Assembly (NCBI GenBank): GCA_003990765.1
Contig: RBNJ01000306.1
Location: 1-33,555 of the forward strand
DNA length: 33,555 bases
Reading direction: 5' to 3'
Origin: Jimgerdemannia flammicorona
Taxonomy: Eukaryota
Position 1 is the stretch's first letter, and each line of letters begins with the position of its first letter. Both the position numbers and the translations under genes were made by a program. A model generated the notes under the pieces. That model was not told where the DNA came from and did no database searches. It saw only the letters and a program-made list of their open reading frames with translations. This document shows positions 1-11,139 of the stretch, piece by piece.

Positions 1-31
<31 letters not shown>
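1..31 (+). repeat. Poly(A) run, cut by the window edge; possibly the tail of a non-LTR insertion into the adjacent LTR
   Basis: 31 consecutive A abutting an internal position of the family-A LTR; the left end and any TSD lie outside the window. Confidence 0.5.
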
Positions 32-33
<2 letters not shown>

Positions 34-364
34 ACCCAAGAAGGAGAACCGCTAAATTGCCAGACTATCACACCCAGAAATTGCATAATTTTGGAGATCG
101 TCATGCTACACAAATTATTGTGGCATTCTCAGTTGACCCAAGAAGGAAACCCATTTGCACACAAATCGCCGCTACACCCAGAGAATGGTCCCAATAAGGA
201 AATCGCTTGCAGATATCCAGCTTTGACTATTATAACACTAAACACCAAGGACCTCAGGAATCTTAGAATATTTTGTTACTTTTTGACAAAGTAACTGGGG
301 GCTCAAGCCAAACTACATCAACCCCCAACCTTGTAATCTGCCTCCATTGAGCCAGCATGTTACA
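31..364 (+). repeat. 3' part of a family-A LTR (3' LTR or solo LTR), opposite orientation, inserted in the RT of E1
   Basis: Reverse complement of the sequence starting at 8063 and at 33110; ends ...GAGCCAGCATGTTACA with canonical CA; no PBS follows, E1 RT sequence resumes directly. Confidence 0.9.
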
Positions 365-3300
365 ATAGCATACTCTCTATATTGATATGGTGGAAAGTTA
401 TTATATATTATAGTAAATATATCTTTGAATTCTTCTCTCAATTTTTGTATCTGTTGTTGCTAAACCTCTGTTAGAGTTATCTCAATGTTGATGGCTATAA
501 TTGCTGAGTCTTCCTCTCTAGTGTCATCAGTCTCACAAGAGATAACTTGCTGTTTCTCAAGAATTCAAAGACTTCTTTCTCATAGATATTTATCAGTGGT
601 TCAAAGTACCCCAGTGTTATTTTTTTGAAAATTATTACTACTTTGAATCCCAAATTTCTGATAGAGATGTGAATTGGTTACATCTGATTATGAATTCATT
701 CTTTAGCTAAAAAGAGGTGATACCTTTCTTGAAGTCTGATTGAAGGCTCAAATATCAGATTATTGATATCTTCTAATAGATATATGCTTAGGCTTCTTTG
801 TTGATAAGACTGGAGGACAACATCATCTCTTGCTAAAATGGGGTAATAGAAGTGTAGTTTCATTTGACAGAACTGAGCTACTGTTGTTAGGTGAACTTTA
901 ATAGATAGTTGGATTCTATTGGTACTTCCAAAGTCTCCTTGTTCTCTCTTGGTATTGCTGAGTTGGTCTACTTCTTAGATAGTTAGTTGTGATATCTTGA
1001 TGAATAGAATCTGACAGACAGCTTCCAAGAGATTAAATCTTGGTGATTTCTGCTGCTGTTGCAGATGATAACCTTCAGTGGGTCTTGATAATCTTGGTCA
1101 ATAACTCCTCTTTCTACTGTAACTCCTTTGGCTGCCAGAGATGATCTTGATGCCAGTTAACTATAGTTTCCAGATAGTATAGCAAGTGCAATTTGAAGAT
1201 CAAAGGTCCTTGTAGTTCTTGGATATAGCATTGTCTGATAGAGAAGACAGAGATTATATCCAACTGATCCTTCTATTTGTGCAAAGAGATTTGTGCCTGA
1301 GGTGATAATAACTTAACTTGAATGACTGGCTAAGTCTTCAAGAATAGGACCCCCATAGTTGCTTTTGTAAATGAGAGCTCTATACATTCTGACTTGAATA
1401 ATGGCCAATATACTCCAGTCTTTGGGTTTCTTGTATAATTGAATCCTGTTTTTCCAAGTAGATCCAGGACTTCTATGAAGGCAAAGGTAAGATTGACTGC
1501 TTTGTTGTCTTAGTAAGAGTAGCAATACTAACAAATGATTGCAAGTAGTTCTAATAGCAGATCCCAAATAGAGGTCTTACTCTTGGCTTTGCAGTCTTCT
1601 TTATAGTTGATCTGTTTGTATTTTTGATAGGCCTAGTGAATTTAGGATTTTTGCAGAATAGGATCCTTTCTCGTAACTTAGCTCTTATAGACATCATTAC
1701 TGAGGTGAATACTTCAATATTTATATCAATAATAGATAAAGGTCTTTTTACAATTATAGTGTCCTTGTTTGACAAATTACTTATTCTGCTACTTGACTTT
1801 CTTACTTATAGAGTATTATCTTCAATATTTATCATAAGTAGATAGAGGAATCTGAAGAGCTCAGATGATAGTGTAGACATTTTTGTTATCTCCTTCAATT
1901 GTGAGAGTTTTCAGAGATTGGTGAGAGAGGACCTTCTGTTCTTCCTTATGGGTTTTCTTGAATAACTTTGTGGTTAGTGGTTGTGTTTGTATCAGTACTA
2001 GAGCTTATTTGAACTTATCTTTATCTTCTATTGGTGATATTGGAATCTTCTTGAGATCAAGAATTCAACAGTTAATACAATTATCTCTTGATGAGTGGAA
2101 ATAGTTATAGTATTCATATATTCCTAAGTAAAAAGCTCACATGATTCTGTTTTCCTTCAGAGATAGTAGTGGTTGTATAGATGGTTCTACAAACTTGAGT
2201 ATTGCTTCTTCACTAATAATCTATTCAATACTTTCCTCTAGGTCATCAGTGTCAACAACTCCAACAAAATCATCTTCTTGACCACTTTCAGAGTCTTGGG
2301 GGGCATCAAAATCACTTTCTTATTCTTGCAAGAAATTGGCTTCACTTTCATCTTCTATAGAGGTAGGTATATATATCTCCATGTTCTTACTATTCTGTTT
2401 CAGAGGTCTGACTTACTTTTCTTGAGAATCCCCTCAATTCATTTGGTATCTTGTATTTCTGTCTATAGAAGATGAAGACTAGGAGCTTTTTCTTGATGTC
2501 TACATTAGTATAAACTCAGTATAACCAATTAGTTCCTAAGGTGAGATCTTAAGAGATTACTGGGGTTACTACAGCTTGTAGTATATTGAGATAGACTTTT
2601 TCAACTTAAATAGATATGTCTCTAACTAGTCTAAGAGAGATAGATACTGATCCATCTGCCATGATGACTCTTACTTTAGTTCCTTTATCAATTCTCTATC
2701 CAATCCTCTCTAGCATTTGCTAGATAATAATACAAACTGCTGCTCTAATATCAATAAGGATTCTGGCATTTTCACTATATATTTTTCCTTTAGTAAGACT
2801 TATAGATTGATGTTCTTGGCACTGATTTTCATAGACTGCATAGATTGTGCTGGGCTCTAGTATATATAGTCCTTAAATAGGAATTCTCTTAGTATCTTCT
2901 TTGGCTTTCTTTTGGAATTTTTGCCTAACTTCTGGTAAATTTTTGAGGACTTGTTTGAATGTAAGACCTACATTCTATATACAGATATATTCCAAAAGAG
3001 ATGCTGCTTCATGGGGTCTACTATTTCTTTGATGTCTGGATCCCTTATAGTTAGTTCTCTCATTTCTATTGGGTATTTTATCAGCTAGAGATTCTATGCT
3101 CATATACTCATCTTCTTTAAGATCAGGTAAGGAAGCACTTTTTGATATCCTTGAAGACCCAGCCTTTAGTTCAGAGGTGTCTCTTCTGACTTACTTGTCA
3201 TTTTCCTGAAGAGTGTCTGAGGAGAGGTAGTCATATCTTGGGTGCTTGCCTGTGGATACTCTGACTGGCAGTAGTAGTGAAAGAGAGGTCCTAGAAGGTC

Positions 3301-5340
3301 TTTTCTATTCTCTAGTCTATGTGGGGACAACATCTCAAGTCACCTTAGAAGAGAAGGTTTCATAGTAGGTATCCTCTTAATCATGAAGCCAGATAGCTTT
3401 CTCCTCTATTTCTCAAGTCACTTTATCTCTTTAAATGAGATTAATATTTCTGTCAATAGGTGGGGTTTCTTTTTTGGGCAGAATCTCTGAATATGGCCTT
3501 GGTTTCCACAGTTGAAATATATTGAGGCATAAGTACTTTTTGATAGGCATGTAGTTGTAGCTAGTAGGGTCTGAGTGGAACTTCTATTGACTTACTGCTG
3601 GTAGTCTGATCTACTATTATAGTAATAATCTTGCTATCTTCCTCTTTATTTCTTTAGCTGAGTGAGTGCAATGGCCAAATTCTACATTTGCTTGGTGAGT
3701 ACTATTATAGAGTCTTCTTGAACTCTTAGTGAGGACTACTACTATTACTACCTATACTGGGTTAGAATTGAGGGTGGGGGTCTGATCTTATAGTTGACCA
3801 ACTGTTCTCTTAGATAGATATTCTCTTATTCTATGGTCATTTTATAGATTCTTGAAATTTCAGCTTGAGTAGGTTCTTGATGGTCTTGAATCTGCTGAGA
3901 TGATCTATAGTCTACTTTCTAGCATTCTTGTACTCCAGTAACTTGCTGCTTAATGTTTCAGTAACTTATCTTGATAACTTGTCTCTAAAGATCTGGAAAT
4001 ATTCCATTGAGGAAGGTAGTTGAGACCAGGTCTAGTTGGACTGTAGGTTGTAAGTTTGCCTTGATCATCTGGACTTAAATGGGTAGAAAGCCTTGGCAGT
4101 TTTATTGGTAGTTTGGCTCTTATAGGTCAAGGCTTCTTGTACTTCTTGTTGATGCTTGAGATTATTGAACTGAGTACATAATCAGATCTTATAGATATTA
4201 TATCTGTCTGCATCATCTCCATTTGCTCAAATATTGTTAACTTGTTCTATTATATAGATTTCTCCTCCAATTTGTCTTGCTTAGTTATACTTCTATAGGG
4301 CAGGACCTCTTAGGAGTAATTCTATAATCCTGAGCTTTCTCTGGGCATTCCATTGTTTGGCAGCTACTTATACTTTGATTTCTCCAAGAATTTCCTTAAT
4401 ATCTTCACTGTCTATACTATGGAATTTCTGAAGATAGCTTATCTCTGGTTTGTTTTTGCTGTCTGAGTCTGGTTCTGGAGTAGAGTTTCTTAATGATGCT
4501 TGAGATGGAGATAGTAGAGGTGCTTAGTGAACTAGTGGTACTGGTAGAGAACAGTGTCTTGGTGAAGGTATAGAGAGTCTGGCCCTTTTAATTAAAGCAG
4601 ATATAGAGGTTCTTAATAGTAGTAGTTCTCTGATTGAGTGATAATGATTACTAAATACTGAGGTTCTAAGAGGGCTTGAGCTTCTTATTTCTTGTGAGTA
4701 GTAATAGAGTATATAAGATCAAGGGACTGAGGTTCTGACAACTGGGATAGGACTGATGTAGCCAATGTTCAATTCATCTGCCCCTTGTTATTGTGAAGTA
4801 GTGGGGTTCTATTCATCTTACCAAGGGTCTGTATTACTGTCCAAGTAACAGTGAAGGTTGAATTCACCTCTTAGTTGGTCTGGTTGGCTTCTCTAATCTT
4901 CATCTTCCTCTAGTTCTGGAAGATAGAGATGGTAATCTTCTTCTCCTTCAGATGTTTTAAAGTATACTTGATTTAGTAGAGTTACTTAGGTGATAACAAT
5001 AGTAATATAATCACTTCTGTCTGAATTACTCCTGTAGATTGGGGTCTGGTATTCTTCAGAGAAGTCTTCTGTAGGTTCTGGACTTTGGGTAGAAATGAGC
5101 TCAGGTTGTTCTCTAAGTCTTCTTCATTCCCTAAAGGTTAAAATATAGTCTGGATTACTTCTTCTTTCTGATTTAGTTGTCTGGTTGCTGGTTCTGAACA
5201 GAGTGAGAGCTGTCCTAACAATGGTGTGAGCTTCTCCTTCTAAAGAAGGCAGTTGTTGATTCTGGTCTTGTTGCTGGCTATTTTCTCCTGAATTCTCCAC
5301 TATAAATGGCTATAGAGTTCTTGAGCCAAATGGTCAAGTC
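365..5340 (-). pseudogene. E1 gag-pol pseudogene (many stops and frameshifts; internal deletion at the RT N-terminus)
   Basis: Manual minus-strand translation shows capsid-like, CCHC, aspartic protease, dUTPase and RT-start motifs; REEFKDIFT is joined almost directly to the FPxxNIESML motif, so the intervening RT start is missing. Confidence 0.8.
918..1316 (-). pseudogene. dut: dUTPase domain of E1 (between protease and RT)
   Basis: GSVGYNL..LASRSSLAAKGVTVERGVIDQDY..VCQILF..REQGDFGST matches trimeric dUTPase motifs 1-5. Confidence 0.85.
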
Positions 5341-5351
5341 TTTAGAAAACT

Positions 5352-5369
5352 TTCCCAGTTGAGCCCCTA
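5352..5369 (-). promoter_or_regulatory. Primer-binding site of E1, tRNA-Pro type
   Basis: Minus strand TAGGGGCTCAACTGGGAA, 2 mismatches from the element A PBS; resembles the tRNA-Pro PBS TGGGGGCTCGTCCGGGAT of MLV. Confidence 0.8.
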
Positions 5370-5372
5370 AAA

Positions 5373-7386
5373 TATTATATGTGATATGTATGTCTTGCTT
5401 GCAGAATATACTGCTAAATATACCACTTGGTTATCTTATATACTATTTATCTTTTTATCTGATAGCATTCTGACTAAATGTTTAGTTTAACTACTGTTTA
5501 ATTTGTTTATATTTCTCATATTAAGTTGGAGTTTACATGTTGTGAGTCATTGGTCACATGACTAGACATTTGGAATAATAGAAGATAAAGATACATATGT
5601 CATGAATTCTGATATATTGATGGTTATTCTGGTGTTCTTAGCAATGTTTCCTAGTAAGTTAGTAATCTTATATCTTGAATTTTGTATAATCTGAGATATT
5701 GTATCCAATTTCTGTAGTTGCAGTTCTTAACTGATTGTATCCTTTTGTGATGATTTTCATATTGATAACAGTTCATATCTTGAATTTTATAATGATTTTT
5801 ATATTAATTTCTGAGGTAGTAAGAGTAATCTCTTAACTCTTAGAGGCAGTGTGTTTCTCTGTAAATCCTTTTTACATTAAACTATCTGACTGAGGTTTAT
5901 TCACTCTTGTCTTTTGGAGGTATTTATATATATTTCTACTATACCCTAGTGGTAAGGTCTAGATATACTATTGGTTTGCCAGTGGTAGTATACTAGTAGC
6001 AAAGACTATACTAATAGGATATAGTTGGAATACTCTTGTTCTGTACTACTGGTAAAGAATGTTTAGGTAATGGGGGGGCTATTCTATATTTAGCTAAACT
6101 ATAATATACTTGTATGAAGAGTAGTACTAACTAAATCAGATAAGACTAAAATACCTTCTGTTCTACTGGTAAAGAATATTGATCACTGCCTTAAAAGGTA
6201 TAGTATCCTTCACCAGTAGTAAGCAAATCACCTTATTGGATTTTGACTTCATTATATTGCTCTTCAAAGAGAGAAATCACTAGCTAAGAGATGAGAATAT
6301 AGAATAGTAGCCAATCATCTTCAATGATATTTTCTAACTCCTGCACAGCTTGAAGGCAGACTGAAGACTGGTAGATTTGTTATTGTCTTCTTCTTGGGAT
6401 TCATCAGGTTGGGCATCTTGAGGTACCATGGCAGTTTCAATAAGAGTCTTAGTGTTCTTCTTCTTAGAAAGAAGATTCTGGGATTTCTTGGTTCAGTTTC
6501 TATATAATATGATATGACATATAACTGATAGAGTGATGGGGGGTTGTGGTAGCTCCTGCAGGTACTTTGACAGTTATGGGTGGTCCTTTGAAGATTTCTA
6601 TAAGACTCATCAGATAGCTTTAATAGTTGTCTCAAAGAGGAGTAATATGGAACCCTGGTAAATAAAGTTCAATTTGTTGACTTCCTACAATAACATAATT
6701 GCTTCTGATGTATGTAATTGGCAATTTCAGCTTCTACATAATTGACTTCTTTAGTGATAAGATAGACTATATTTCTAGTGGTAACTCTTTATAAGTAAGC
6801 TATAGCCTAGGGTGTATGATAGAAGATTTGGTAATTACAAAGAGCTCTCTTGATCAGCTGGTTGGTGGTTAATAGTTTAGCAATGAGGCCTTCCTAGTCA
6901 TCTTCTTGAGTTTCATTGCAGAGGCTATATATAATTTCATAGTTATGCCATAGAGTCATTTGGTTAGTAGAGTTCTTAAGTAACTTAGTCATTATATATG
7001 AAATATCCAAGGACATTAGTATAGAAGTTCAGATACTTAGTGGTGTCAGGACACCAGATAGCCATTTTGATAGCTTCAAAAACAAAACTCTTAGACTTAG
7101 TAAAGAAGTACTATGACAGGAGATCTGTTAAAGTAGCAGAAAGGAGACATTGTGTTCTTGTTTGTTCTGATTCTTCTTGATATACTGGGTCTAGATTCTT
7201 GAAATAATGTGGTTTTCATTTTAGCTCAGATTATTATTACTCTTTTTAATCAGATCACCTGATGGATTAGATAAATTATTAGATAATATCATCTGGTTAT
7301 CATATCAGTTGTTATCTGATCAAAGTAATCACAAGGTCTGTTGTTATTGCTTCCTTATTCCAGTGTTGTCAGTTATATATATCACA
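5373..7386 (-). repeat. ~2 kb 5' LTR of E1 (left boundary 5373 or 5380)
   Basis: Adjacent to the PBS; inverted termini TGTGATATGTAT (5380) and ATATATATCACA (7386); shares the block GACTGAGGTTTATT(C/T)ACTCTT(G/A)TCT followed by TATTTATATA-like sequence (minus-strand AATAAA and TATA) with LTR A (~5888-5932 vs ~8620-8660). Partner LTR not in the window. Confidence 0.65.
6284..7150 (-). pseudogene. Possible decayed ORF of unknown function in the U3 of the E1 LTR
   Basis: A/C-rich leader AACAAACAAGAACACA-ATG at 7150; coding-like pieces ending QAVQELENIIEDDWLLFYILIS*; needs several frameshifts and stops. Confidence 0.35.
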
Positions 7387-8062
7387 ATATATATATATGT
7401 AAATAATAAATTGTAATTTAAAAATAATTACATATAAACTATATAAAGAACTATAGAATTAATTAAGTAGTAAAACTAAGAAATAAAAAAATAAACAAAT
7501 TTCTTTTTTATAATAAATTAAAACAATACAAAGTCAATTCTTTTATATACTTAATATATATATAATAACTATATCAATACTATAATAAAAATTAGGAATA
7601 ATAGTTTTTTTTTTTTTTTTAGAATATTATAATTATATAATAAAATATATATATATTTTATATTTTTTTAAACTATAATATATTTTACTAAACTAAATTA
7701 ATTTAATATAATAAAATATAACTCTTTACATATAAATATATATATCTCTACAGTTAAAGAAATTCAAAATAGTATCTAAGTTAATAATATTTTCCATTAA
7801 TAAATAATTTAATATTTATATTTCTTTTATAGTTATTAAAGTAGAAAATGCTTTTATATTTTAATAATAAAAATTAAATAAAATTTTAAATATATTAAAA
7901 ATGTATATATTTTAAATAAAAAAAGAAATTATAATAATAGAAATAATTTGGATAAATAAATATTATTTATTTATCTAACTTATCCAATTCCAGATAAATA
8001 GAAAATCTTATTACTTAATGATTTATAATAAACTATCTCTTTTATATTAATAATTAGTATAT
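7387..8062. other. Extremely AT-rich low-complexity spacer between two LTRs
   Basis: Almost only A/T, with (TA)n runs and a T tract at ~7605-7620; sharp boundaries at both LTR termini. Confidence 0.85.
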
Positions 8063-8939
8063 TGCAATATATCTGGCTCAATAGAGGTAAATTACAAGGT
8101 TGGAGATTGATGTAGTTTGGCTTGAGCCTCTAGTTACTTCATCAAAAGTAACAAAATATTCTAAGATTCCTGAGGTTCTTGTTGGTGTTTAGTAGTATAA
8201 TAGTCAAAGCTGGATGTCTGCAAGTAGTTTTCTTATTGAGACAGTTCTCTGAGTATAGTGGCAATTTGTATATAAATGGGTTTCCTTCTTGAGTCAATCT
8301 GAGAATTGGTAGAATTTCATATATAGTATTACAATCTCTGTGTGTAATGGTCTGGTGATTTAGCAGTTCTTCTTCTTAGGTGGCAATCTTCAAAAGTATG
8401 TGATTTCTGCATAATGATCTCTATATAGTATGATGATCTCTATGTAGTATAACAGTCTCTATATAGTATGATAATCTCCAAAAGTATGTGATTTCTGGCA
8501 GATAACTTGATTTGGCTCACTGGAAATAGAGAATGGCATAGGTTCTTCCTGAGATAGTCCACTGGAAATTATACTACCAATACTCAATCTTTAGAGACTT
8601 CTTTAGTATTTGTATTTCAGACTGAGGTTTATTTACTCTTATCTCTGAAGTATTTTATATATTGTAGTTGCTATCTAGTTGCTATGTGACTAACTGTAGA
8701 TTTGCTACTTATGGCAAGTTGTGCAGATTCAGTACAAGTGTACAGGTCTAGCACAGGTGTATAGGTCCTGCACAGATATACCTTATCTGGTAGTCTGGCT
8801 ATTTATATAGTTTTCCACAACAATAGTTGCTGTATCTGGTTACTATGCTATATGTTCATGTCATCTTGGCTAAGTTACTAATTGTTTACATCATCTGGCT
8901 AAGGTATAATTTGGGTAGTATTTTTTTTAATATGTTATA
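8063..8939 (-). repeat. 3' LTR of element A (~877 bp)
   Basis: Direct repeat of 33110-33555; termini TGCAATATA and TATGTTATA are both transition-decayed forms of TGTAACATG/CATGTTACA; 19-bp tandem repeats at ~8415-8480. Confidence 0.85.
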
Positions 8940-8975
8940 TCAGCCTCCACTAAAGGATAGTCTATCCTCAGACTG
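8940..8975 (-). promoter_or_regulatory. PPT-equivalent region and preceding GAGGA(C/T) hairpin of element A
   Basis: Minus strand AGTCT-GAGGAT-AGACT-ATCCTTTAGTGGAGGCTGA immediately before the LTR; the purine tract is weak. Confidence 0.5.
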
Positions 8976-8979
8976 CCCT

Positions 8980-9403
8980 TTAGTCATCATTCCAGTATGA
9001 GTATGCATCTTCTGCATCAATACCTATTCCATCATCTTCATTATCTGTACCATGGTTGCTCCATTGTAAGGATTCTTCTTTTTTTTCTGGAAATAGAATT
9101 TCAACAGTATTGATAATGCTCAGGTAGGTGGCTAGATTCATTCCTCATATATTATACAAGAGAATTGTACTTATATCAGGGCTGCAGGGTTTCATTTATA
9201 AAGGGTATAAAGTCTGTCTGCAGCAGTGACATCTCTTCTTGATAGTCCTTTGGTGTTTCTGATATATATTTGTTTGGAGACTGGGAGGTTCTGAAATTGT
9301 TCTCTAATTGCATAATGGGCCTGAAGTTGGTGGACCTATAGCAATCATCTGGCCAGAACAAGATTCTCTTGATGGATCTGGATCTTTCAGAGAGTGTTTC
9401 CAT
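8980..9403 (-). pseudogene. Possible extra ORF (~140 codons, acidic C-terminus) between integrase and 3' LTR of element A
   Basis: METLSERSRSIKRILFWPDD...TDNEDDGIGIDAEDAYSYWNDD*; requires two stops and one frameshift. Confidence 0.4.
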
Positions 9404-9479
9404 TGACTTCTGGAAATTGGGGTAGGGGAACTGGTAGTAATTGAAATGAGCTGAGGATAAGAGTCTGAAGGTGGTTGTC

Positions 9480-11029
9480 AACTCTCTGAATCATGATGTG
9501 GGGAAAGATATATCTTGAGGTGATTGATGTGTACTGGTGTCCTCAGGGTTCATCTATTCATACTTCTTAAATAGGTGCTAGTTCCTCTGATGTTGTGTAC
9601 AAGATAAGGTCCTTCCTATTTAGGCCCCAGTTTGGTGGCAAAATTGGTTTCAATCATACTTCTCCAAACTAGTACTTGATCTCCAAACTTGATTTCCTGA
9701 TCCTTCTGTTTCTGATTAAAGTACTTCTTTTGTCTTTCTTGAGCTTTGATAATCTGACTTTGGGCTTAATTATGTAACTGTTCTGTCTTCTTGAGAAGGT
9801 CTCCAAAATTCTCATGCTCAGCAGTTCTGGTTTTCTTAGCAAACATCATTTTGAATGGCTTTTATTTGATGGAGGCAGCAGGAGTGTTCCAGATTTCCCA
9901 TAGGGTCTCAGATAAGCAGAGGTCCCAGTTAGTAAGATTGACTTGGGCAAGTTCTTTCTTAATGGTCTGGTTCATTCTTTCTGTTATACCATTGATCTGA
10001 GGGTAGTATGATGTGTTCTATTTGAGGTGGATCTTGTGAATTTAGGTATAACTTATAATTATGTTATTGATGAATTCTGTGCCTTGGTCAGAGATAAGTT
10101 CTTCTAGGGGTCCATATCTGAGTGTGAGTCTATGGAGAAGGCCTACAATAATTAAGACATCTGCAATTTCCATTGGGAAAGTCTTGGGCCACTTTGTCAG
10201 ATATTCTACAAATACAAGAATGTATTTATTTCTTCTTGGTATAACTGATAGGGGTCTAATTATGTCTACTCCCCATCTCTGAAAGATGTTGTCTAGTGGT
10301 GCAATTGATTACAATGGTGCTTGGTAGTTCTTCCTTCCTTAGTACTTCTGGCAGGTATTACATTTTTTGAGTATGTTCTGAACTTATGTTCTGAGGTTGG
10401 ACCAATGTTAGTATATTGTTTGCAACCTCTCTTCTATATTCACCTATCCCTGGTGAGCTTTCTGATGTTCTTTTAGATGAGATCTTCTTGTGCCTTGATG
10501 GTCTGAGGAGCTTCCTTTAGGGTGTAGTTTCTCAGAACACCCTTCTTCTGGTTCATTGGAGTTAATGGAAAAGTACATCAACATTGTTGAGAGCTTTCTC
10601 TGCTTTGGGAATGATGGTGATTTGTAATCCTGAAGAATAAGGATCCAGCAGGCTAGGATTCCAGTGAGTTCCTTACAGTTGAAAAGTTATTTGAGGGCTG
10701 TATGGTCTGTTATCAGGGCAAACTTTTTTCCAATGAGATAATGCTTGAACAGAGTGACCAACTATATTACTGCAAGGTATTCCAGTTTAGTGCTACTATA
10801 GTTTATCTATTGCTGATTGATAGCTCTGCTTGTATAAGCTATCACATGGTGTTGTTGATTGGATCCTTCTTGGGCTACTGCTCTAAGGCCATCTTTAGAA
10901 GCATCTATATTCAAGATGAATAGCTTCTGTAGATTGGGGTACACAAGGATTGGTACTGTAGTTATATGGTTCTTGAGTTCTTTGAAGGCCTTTTCTTGTA
11001 ATTTTGTCTATTTGAATGGTACTCCTTTC

Positions 11030-11031
<2 letters not shown>
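9480..11031 (-). pseudogene. Element A pol 3' part: connection/RNase H and integrase with GPY/F motif
   Basis: ILNIDASKDGLRAVAQ (RNase H); QRWGVDII, EELISDQGTEF, YPQINGITERMNQTIK (integrase DDE core); KLGPK*EGPY; no chromodomain seen. Confidence 0.9.
11016..11031. repeat. LINE target-site duplication, left copy
   Basis: ATGGTACTCCTTTCTT, identical to 16906-16921. Confidence 0.95.
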
Positions 11032-11060
<29 letters not shown>

Positions 11061-11139
11061 GTCAGTTGGACTCCATCCTTTATTAATACTCCTGTCTATC
11101 CTCTATATAAAACACAGTGCCCTACTCCTATCTGATCCC

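Larger units (their letters stand above)
365..7386 (-). mobile_element. E1: degenerate Ty3/Gypsy LTR retrotransposon, 5' portion (LTR-PBS-gag-PR-dUTPase-RT start)
   Basis: PBS at 5352-5369; zinc knuckle remnant YFNCGNQGHIQRFC (~3478-3520); protease ILIDIRAAVCII (~2730-2765); dUTPase; RT remnant FP..NIESML at ~365-400. Same domain order as element A. Confidence 0.88.

Noticed and set aside
918..1316. dUTPases as host or viral genes
   Set aside because: All three are embedded in the gag-pol polyproteins and share their decay pattern.
5380..7386. Independent solo LTR inserted at the tip of the E1 LTR
   Set aside because: The flanks TTATA and ATATA are not a clean TSD and no remainder of another LTR follows; treated as the E1 5' LTR, though the boundary remains uncertain.
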